Part shown: positions 7,135 through 12,620 of the stretch, one piece after another
Layout: the number at the start of each line of letters is the position of its first letter
Position numbering within the stretch: the first letter of the stretch is position 1
Source of the DNA: Armatimonadota bacterium
Lineage (GTDB): Bacteria; Armatimonadota; Zipacnadia; Zipacnadales; UBA5352
DNA length: 12,620 nucleotides
Assembly: GCA_034722055.1 (NCBI GenBank)
Contig: JAYENL010000073.1
Span: forward strand, 1 to 12,620
Direction: 5' to 3'
Translations under genes and position numbers: made by a program
Notes under the pieces: generated by a model
What the model was told of the DNA's origin: nothing
Seen by the model: only the letters and a program-made list of their open reading frames with translations
The model's database searches: none

Positions 7135-8574
7135 ATGAACATCATCGTCATCTGCCTCGATACCTTCCGCGCCGACATCGTCGGCGACGAGGGCGCGCTG
7201 GCGCACGTGAAGACCCCTGCGATGGATCAGCTCGCCGCGCAGTCGGCGAACTTCACCCGCGCCTTCGGCGAGAGCCAGCCCACCCTGCAGGCGCGCAGGG
7301 CGCTGATGACCGGCATGCGATGCTTTCCGTGGCGCTTCAACGTGGACCGACGCGGGCACTGGCATCACGCCGCGGGCTGGCACAAGATCCCGCCGGAGCA
7401 CGACACGCTGGCGGAGATCCTGGTTCGGCAGGGCTACTACACCGGGCTCATCACCGACACGCACCACATGTTCAAGCCCACCATGAACTACACCCGCGGC
7501 TTCTGCTCGTGGGAGTTCATCCGCGGGCAGGTGGATGACCACTGGCGGGGCGGCACCCGCGAGATGGTGGAGCCGCTGATGAGACGCGTCTGCCGCCAGC
7601 CCATCGACTGGCAGCGGCACCTGGTGATGCTGCAGTACTTCCTCAACAACCGCGACCGCCAGAGCGAGGACGACTACCTGCCGGCGCGCGTGTTCTCGGC
7701 CGCCAGCCGCTGGCTGGACGACAACCATGCGAACGCACCGTTCTTTCTCTGGGTTGACGGCGTCGATCCCCACGAGCCCTGGGACCCGCCGCCTCGGTAC
7801 GCCGACATGTACGCGCCCGAGTACGATGGGATCGACTTCATCTGGCACCACCAGGGGCCGGACGCCACCGACGAGGAGATCCAGCGCGTCAAGGCCCTCT
7901 ACTTCGGCGAGGTTACCTTCGTTGACGAGTGCGTCGGCCGCCTCCTGGAGACCATCGATGGCCTGAGGCTGTGGGATGACACGCTCGTGGTGCTCACCAG
8001 CGACCACGGAACGCAGATTCTCGACCATGGCCGTTTCGGCAAGAGCCCGCGCGATCTGCGCTGGTACAACACCCAGGTCGCCATGCACCTGCGGCACCCG
8101 GACGGCCCGCGCGGACAGCGGATCGACGGCTTCGTGCAGGCCCATGACCTGCCGGCCACGCTTCTGGCGCAGCTTGGCGTGCCTGCGGAGATGGATGGCC
8201 GGGACTTCTGGCCGCTGGCGACGGGAACGACCGAGGCGATCCGCGACTACGTGGTCATCGCCTGGGCGGACTGGGCGGAGGGGCGGGCGCGGGGGACGGT
8301 CTCGGTCCGCGACGATGAGTGGAACTACCAGGTGGGCACCGGCTACGTGGACGAGCAGCCGGCGCTGTATCATCTCGCTGAGGACCCGCACGAGGACCGC
8401 AACGTGGTGGCCGAGCACCCCGAGGTGGTCGAGCGGCAGCGGCGGCGCATCGAAGCCCTCATGCGCCAGCCCATGCCCGGACACCACGAGGAGATGTGCA
8501 CCCGGGATGTCAAGGCCCCGGCGCACACCGCCAGAGCCATCCAGTTCGGCTTCAAGCAGCCCGGCGAAGAATGA
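7135..8574 (+). CDS. Sulfatase-like hydrolase (alkaline phosphatase superfamily), 479 aa, cytoplasmic
   Basis: AAGGGAG at 7122-7128. Motifs MNIIVICLDTFRAD, KTPAMDQLA, ARRALMTG, TLAEILVRQGYYT, PFFLWVDGVDPHEPWDPP, DTLVVLTSDHG, LYHLAEDPHEDRNV. Confidence 0.92.
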   Translation: MNIIVICLDTFRADIVGDEGALAHVKTPAMDQLAAQSANFTRAFGESQPTLQARRALMTGMRCFPWRFNVDRRGHWHHAAGWHKIPPEHDTLAEILVRQGYYTGLITDTHHMFKPTMNYTRGFCSWEFIRGQVDDHWRGGTREMVEPLMRRVCRQPIDWQRHLVMLQYFLNNRDRQSEDDYLPARVFSAASRWLDDNHANAPFFLWVDGVDPHEPWDPPPRYADMYAPEYDGIDFIWHHQGPDATDEEIQRVKALYFGEVTFVDECVGRLLETIDGLRLWDDTLVVLTSDHGTQILDHGRFGKSPRDLRWYNTQVAMHLRHPDGPRGQRIDGFVQAHDLPATLLAQLGVPAEMDGRDFWPLATGTTEAIRDYVVIAWADWAEGRARGTVSVRDDEWNYQVGTGYVDEQPALYHLAEDPHEDRNVVAEHPEVVERQRRRIEALMRQPMPGHHEEMCTRDVKAPAHTARAIQFGFKQPGEE

Positions 8575-8587
8575 AGGGACACACGCA

Positions 8588-8621
8588 AACGGCGTGCGGA
8601 GGAGGGCCTCCGCACCACGGA
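8588..8621 (-). repeat. REP-like element, type B variant with covaried stem
   Basis: AACGGC-GTGCGGAGG-AGGG-CCTCCGCAC-CACGGA has the same flanks and 9-4-9 geometry as 5896-5929. Confidence 0.8.
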
Positions 8622-8690
8622 GGCGTGGGAGCTTCAGGGCGGGCTCTGCCGCGCCGGCGCGGTTGCCCTCGTGCGGCGTCCCCCGACGGA

Positions 8691-8730
8691 GAACGACGCA
8701 CGGACACGAGTGTCCGTGCCACGGAACGGC
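8691..8730 (-). repeat. REP-like element, type B
   Basis: GAACGAC-GCACGGACA-CGAG-TGTCCGTGC-CACGGAACGGC, 38/40 identical to 5895-5934. Confidence 0.85.
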
Positions 8731-8738
8731 GGGCTTTA

Positions 8739-8765
8739 CCGCGCTGTCAGGAGCGGCGGGCTTCC
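8739..8765 (+). repeat. REP-like element, type A, truncated (left arm only)
   Basis: CCGCGCTGTCAGGAGCGGCGGGCTTCC; its first 25 nt differ from 5716-5740 at 2 positions. Confidence 0.7.
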
Positions 8766-8822
8766 GGAGATCGCGAGCGATCTCACTCGCCCGGTCGTTC
8801 AGCGTGATGAGGAGGCACACAG

Positions 8823-9827
8823 ATGCGAGCCATGGTGCTGCACGAGCAGTCCGACATTGCCCAGGAGCCGCTGCGACTCGAGGAGGTCGAGGATCCCGAG
8901 CCCGGGCCGGGGGAGGTGCGGCTCAAGGTGCATACATGCGGGGTCTGCCGCACCGACCTGCACGAGGTGGAGGGTGACCTGGACCTGCACAAGCGGCCGG
9001 TCATCCCCGGCCACGAGATCGTGGGCACGGTCGAGAAGCTCGGCGAGGGCGCGAGGCGCTTCGAGATCGGCGATCGGGTGGGGATCGCTTGGCTTTACTC
9101 CACGCCTGAGGACTGCGAGTTCCGTCAGCGCGGCCTGGAGAACCTCTGTCCCGGCGCGAAGTTCACCGGCTGGGACGCGGACGGCGGCTACGCGGAGATG
9201 ACGGTGGTGCCGGAGGAGTTCGCCTACCCGGTGCCGGATGAGATCGATGACGCCCACGCCTCGCCGCTGCTGTGTGCGGGCATCATCGGCTACCGGTCGC
9301 TGGTGCTCGCCGGCGCCGAAAGCGCGCCGACGCTGGGCATGTACGGCTTCGGGGCCTCGGCGCACATCGGCATTCAGATCGCGCGCCACTGGGGCTGCGA
9401 GGTCTACGTCTTCACGCGCAGCGAGGACCACAAGCGCCACGCCGAGGAGCTGGGTGCGGCGTGGGTCGGCGAGGCCGGGGACCATCCCGGAACGAGGCTG
9501 CGCGCGTCGATCATCTACGCGCCCGCCGGCCCCCTGGTGCCGCAGGCCCTGCAGGTGCTGGAGCGGGGCGGCACGCTGGTGTGCGCCGGCATCTACATGA
9601 CGCCCATCCCCCAGTTCGAGTACGATCTGATCTACGGCGAGCGCGTGCTGCGGTCGGTGATGAACGCCACGCGCGAGGATGGCGAAGGGCTTATGCGCGT
9701 CGCCGGGGAAGTCCCGGTGCGAACGGATGTGACCCTCTTCCCGCTGGAGGAGGCCAACGAGGCCCTTCGGCAGGTCAAGGAGAGCGAGGTCTCCGGCGCT
9801 GCCGTGCTGCAGGTGGCCGAGAGCTGA
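8823..9827 (+). CDS. Zinc-dependent alcohol dehydrogenase family protein (MDR superfamily), 334 aa
   Basis: GAGGAGG at 8809-8815. Catalytic-Zn motifs [16 protein letters not shown] and [19 protein letters not shown]; Rossmann motif [10 protein letters not shown]. Confidence 0.95.
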   Translation: MRAMVLHEQSDIAQEPLRLEEVEDPEPGPGEVRLKVHTCGVCRTDLHEVEGDLDLHKRPVIPGHEIVGTVEKLGEGARRFEIGDRVGIAWLYSTPEDCEFRQRGLENLCPGAKFTGWDADGGYAEMTVVPEEFAYPVPDEIDDAHASPLLCAGIIGYRSLVLAGAESAPTLGMYGFGASAHIGIQIARHWGCEVYVFTRSEDHKRHAEELGAAWVGEAGDHPGTRLRASIIYAPAGPLVPQALQVLERGGTLVCAGIYMTPIPQFEYDLIYGERVLRSVMNATREDGEGLMRVAGEVPVRTDVTLFPLEEANEALRQVKESEVSGAAVLQVAES

Positions 9828-9854
9828 CCCAGAGCCCAACCGGAGGGGAGCACC

Positions 9855-10958
9855 ATGAACGCGCGCTGGATGTTGCTGGCCGGGGTCGCACTGCTGGCGT
9901 TCACAGCCGTGGCACAGGAGGAGGTCCGGACGCTGCTGCGCCACGACAACTTCGTGGTGTTCGAGGCCGAGGAGGGCGAGCGCGTGCCCATCGCCGTCGC
10001 CTCCCTGCGCAAGGCCGGCTGGACCTACGGGGACAATCTCACGGTGGAGGTCATCGGTCCCACCAGCGAGCGGACGCTGCGGCAGGTGGTTCCCCTGGGC
10101 GAGCAGAGGGTCATCGAGTACCAGGCGCAGGCCACGGGCACGCATGCCGTCCGCCTCTCCGCCGGCTGGAACAACGCCACTGCACAGGTGCAGGACCGGC
10201 CCTGGGCGCTGGTGGCATGGCGGGATGTGCCGGTCAACATCTGCAGCGCCATGGCGCCCCAGTACTTCAAGGTCCTTGAGGGCCTGGAGCGCTTCAAGAT
10301 GGTGGTGGAGGCCAGCGTCACCGGCGAGGGCGCGGCGGTGCGCATCTACGACCCCCAGGGTAACGTGGCGCTGGAGAGGATCGCGGACTTCGACTCTGCG
10401 GAGACGCTGGAGGTCGAGGTGCCGGAGGGCATGGACGGGTCAGCGTGGATGCTGACCATCACCGATCCCGAGCAGGAGGGCCTGAACCTCGACGATGTGC
10501 AGCTCTACCTGGGCCCGCATCTGCCGCCCTTTCTGTGCGAGGACCCGGCGTGGCTGGAGCCCTTCACCGCCGGCGAGCAGTACCAGCCGGACATCATCGA
10601 GCGCGTGGTGGAGATCGGCGGAGAGGCCAGGCTCAACGCCGGCGAGAGCACCACGCTCACCTGGCAGATGCAGGAGCTGCCGGAGGGCAAGGTCTATGCC
10701 CTCCGCATCACCGGCAATGACGTGGACTACCCCAGGGAGCTGATGGCGACACTCAATGGCGGCGAGCCCTTCGCCATCCCCATCACGGGCAACTCCACCA
10801 GCGCCACCTTCACGCTGCTGATCGACCGCGACCGGCTACGCCTGGGCGAGAACACGCTTGGTCTGACCCAGGACCCGGGCGGGGGCTCCAACGTGGTGGT
10901 AGCCAGCGACGCCCGGATCCTCATCGGGGAGCGCATCAAGCAGTTCAAGGGCTACTGA
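9855..10958 (+). CDS. Secreted hypothetical protein (367 aa), beta-rich
   Basis: GGAGG at 9842-9846. Signal peptide MNARWMLLAGVALLAFTAVA-Q. Strong GC3 bias. Starts 27 nt after the ADH stop, so probably co-transcribed. Confidence 0.85.
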   Translation: MNARWMLLAGVALLAFTAVAQEEVRTLLRHDNFVVFEAEEGERVPIAVASLRKAGWTYGDNLTVEVIGPTSERTLRQVVPLGEQRVIEYQAQATGTHAVRLSAGWNNATAQVQDRPWALVAWRDVPVNICSAMAPQYFKVLEGLERFKMVVEASVTGEGAAVRIYDPQGNVALERIADFDSAETLEVEVPEGMDGSAWMLTITDPEQEGLNLDDVQLYLGPHLPPFLCEDPAWLEPFTAGEQYQPDIIERVVEIGGEARLNAGESTTLTWQMQELPEGKVYALRITGNDVDYPRELMATLNGGEPFAIPITGNSTSATFTLLIDRDRLRLGENTLGLTQDPGGGSNVVVASDARILIGERIKQFKGY

Positions 10959-11004
10959 GCGCCGAGGGGCAGTTCCTCAGCGGCGAGCGGCGCAGGCGCA
11001 GTCC

Positions 11005-12180
11005 TCACGCCCGCAGGCGGGCCTGGTTGCGCTCGACCGCCAGCGCGTAGACCTCCTCCAGCCGCTCGGCGACCGCGGGATAGTGGCAGGACTCCGCGAA
11101 GTGACGGCCGCCGCGTCTGAGGCGCTGCGTCAGGTCGCTGTCTACGAGAACGCGCTCTATCGCGGCCGCGATTCCGCGGGCGCCCAGGTCGGGCTCCACC
11201 AGCAGCCCGTTGTCACCGTCCGCGATCATGTCCGCGGCGCGCGGCGTGGCCAGCGCCACCACTGGCGTGCCCACGTACATGGCCTCGGTGTAGGCCAGCG
11301 GCTGCGTCTCGCTGCGGCTGGCGGTCGCGAAGACATCCATGGCGGCGTGGTAGTGAGCCACCTCACCGTGGGGAACGGCACCGGTGAAGACCGCCCGGTC
11401 GCCCAGCCGCGCGGCGGCATACTCGCGGAGGGCATCGGTGGCGCTGCCGTCACCCACGATCAGCAGCCGCGCCCCCGCTCGCTCCTCGGCCAGCATGGCG
11501 ACGGCGTCCGCCACGCGCTCGAGCTGCTTCTCCGGAGAGATGCGCCCCAGGTAGCCGACGACGAGGGCGTCATCATCAAACCCCAGGCGGGCGCGCGTCT
11601 GCTCCCGGTGCGGCTCTCGCAGCCCGCTGAGGTCCACGGGGTTGCGCACCAGCTCCACCGGCGTGCGGACATGGCCGTCGATCAGCTTCTGGCGCATCCA
11701 GTTCGCCGACGTGCTGATGACGTCGCAATCGTTGAAGTAGCGCGTCACGTGGCTGACCATCGCGCCCTCCACCCAGGCGTCGGGCAGCGGGATGCGGTCG
11801 GCGTACTGCTCGTACTGCGTGTGGGCGGTGGAAACGACCGGCAGGCCCCGCCTCCGCGCCCAGTTCTTACCCCACGCTCCCACCCACCATGGATGCTGGG
11901 TGTGCACCAGGTCGAGCTGCATGCCACCCAGCTCCTGCGAGACCCGCAGCGAGAAGGGCGGTGGCAGCGCCACCATGTAATCGACCTCCCCGGGCATAAG
12001 CGCAGAGGGGTAGCGGTGCACGCTGGGGTCATTGGCGAAGGGGTCCTCGCCACGGGCCGCGGGCGCGAAGACGTGTACCTCATGGCCGCGCTCGGCCAGC
12101 CCGCGGCGGTAGAGGTCAGTCGCAATCGCGACTCCGTTGAGGGTGGGCAGATAGGTGTTGGTGAAGAGCGCGATCCTCAT
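11005..12180 (-). CDS. Glycosyltransferase family 4 (GT-B fold), similar in motif to diacylglycerol glycosyltransferase-like enzymes, 391 aa
   Basis: MRIALFTNTYLPTLNGVA, RGHEVHVFAP, LVHTQHP, STAHTQYEQY, YLGRISPEK, LIVGDG, and the E-x7-E motif SETQPLAYTEAM. Confidence 0.94.
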   Translation of the reverse strand: MRIALFTNTYLPTLNGVAIATDLYRRGLAERGHEVHVFAPAARGEDPFANDPSVHRYPSALMPGEVDYMVALPPPFSLRVSQELGGMQLDLVHTQHPWWVGAWGKNWARRRGLPVVSTAHTQYEQYADRIPLPDAWVEGAMVSHVTRYFNDCDVISTSANWMRQKLIDGHVRTPVELVRNPVDLSGLREPHREQTRARLGFDDDALVVGYLGRISPEKQLERVADAVAMLAEERAGARLLIVGDGSATDALREYAAARLGDRAVFTGAVPHGEVAHYHAAMDVFATASRSETQPLAYTEAMYVGTPVVALATPRAADMIADGDNGLLVEPDLGARGIAAAIERVLVDSDLTQRLRRGGRHFAESCHYPAVAERLEEVYALAVERNQARLRA

Positions 12181-12231
12181 CGCGTCAGCCCGGTCGGCGA
12201 GATGGGGGACGCATACATTCGATGCACGTGC

Positions 12232-12260
12232 AGCATAGCATACGCCGGGGTCAGCAACAA
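12232..12260 (-). promoter_or_regulatory. Putative sigma70-type promoter of the GT4 gene
   Basis: On the minus strand: TTGTTG (12260-12255), a 17-nt spacer, then TATGCT (12237-12232) preceded by TG-n (extended -10), about 50 nt upstream of ATG 12180. Confidence 0.5.
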
Positions 12261-12419
12261 GCAGCCGCGTGCGTCGCGTGCTGACCCGTCCTGCCGACGG
12301 AATGCGCGGGCGCCCGGAGGCGCTTCGGCCTCGCTCGAACGACGCGCGGGCGAGGGCGCCCGCGCCCCAGTGCCAAGTTGACTATTCATTGCCCACACGT
12401 TGCGCGGGGGGCATTGTTC

Positions 12420-12610
12420 GCGGAGGGGCCGTCCTGAGTGCGACTGCGTAGCAGTCGCGCGAAGTCGGCCCACCGCAGGCGAGCTGTCGCCGGGGCCTTC
12501 GGCCTCATGGTGCCCTGGACGCGGAACGGCCCGGCCGGCTTCGGCTCCAGCAAACGACCTGGAGCCTCAGGCGGCCTCTATGAAACGGAGTGTCAAGGCC
12601 GGGCGCGTCC
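12420..12610. repeat. Cluster of nested inverted repeats (REP-like and/or structured non-coding element)
   Basis: GGGCCG/CGGCCC (12426-12471) encloses GCGACTGC-GTA-GCAGTCGC. GGACGC/GCGTCC (12517-12610) and GCCCGGCC/GGCCGGGC (12529-12604) enclose GGCTCCAG-N8-CTGGAGCC (12543-12566). Confidence 0.55.
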
Positions 12611-12620
12611 GCCGTGGGGT

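Noticed and set aside
5716..8765. Repeats as a CRISPR array
   Set aside because: The copies are dispersed over kilobases, in both orientations, without regular spacers and with no cas genes.
10959..11004. Intrinsic terminator between the convergent hypothetical and GT4 genes
   Set aside because: Only a weak interrupted stem (GAGG/CCTC) is present, with no U-tract on either strand.
124..12381. Long antisense/overlapping ORFs (124..1182, 2002..2613, 2986..3771, 5703..6710, 5770..6684, 7120..8820, 7976..8977, 8799..10145, 9272..10279, 11083..12381 and shorter ones)
   Set aside because: They overlap better-supported genes, lack family motifs, and show the R/P/A/G-rich or antisense-mirror composition expected of shadow ORFs in high-GC DNA.
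12368..12392. AT-rich CAGTGCCAAGTTGACTATTCATTGC as an IS/MITE end or a plus-strand promoter (TTGACT)
   Set aside because: I found no matching second end, target duplication or properly spaced -10.
12434..12570. CUGAG-stem-CGAAG as a hammerhead ribozyme core
   Set aside because: The hammerhead core needs CUGANGA and GAAA. Both are mismatched here and no stem I/III cleavage triplet is evident.
12575..12596. Perfect TTGACA (-35) on the minus strand at 12596-12591; the AT-richer CCTCTATGAAACGGAGTGTCAA could also be an IS terminus
   Set aside because: There is no -10 at 16-18 nt spacing, and no partner inverted repeat or transposase lies in the window, so neither reading can be supported.
1..12620. 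Alternative genetic code (TAG reassigned) or a single coherent pathway or defence system spanning the window
   Set aside because: TAG ends several genes at natural C-termini. Gene orientations alternate and functions are unrelated, with no nuclease, reverse transcriptase, integrase or toxin motifs seen.

Overview
A GC-rich bacterial chromosomal window with no rRNA, tRNA, CRISPR array or transposase. It encodes, in order: the 3' end of an upstream gene (<1-179, +); a secreted protein with a TIM-barrel-like N-terminus and a duplicated C-terminal beta-domain (193-1953, +); a large secreted CBM/glycoside-hydrolase-like gene (4650-1960, -) interrupted by one in-frame TAG at codon 443; a nitrilase-family C-N hydrolase; an aldo/keto reductase; a sulfatase-fold enzyme with Thr at the formylglycine position; a zinc alcohol dehydrogenase family protein missing two structural-Zn cysteines; a secreted hypothetical protein; and a GT4 glycosyltransferase. 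The larger intergenic regions (5629-5975, 6984-7134, 8575-8822, 12270-12620) are mosaics of REP-like palindromes whose stems covary while flanks and geometry are conserved. Main points of interest: the amber-split gene with downstream hairpins, the covarying REP/REPIN-like family, the non-canonical sulfatase active site, and a structured non-coding region at the right end. Most long overlapping ORFs in the track are GC-rich shadow ORFs. All family assignments come from motif recognition by eye, not database searches.
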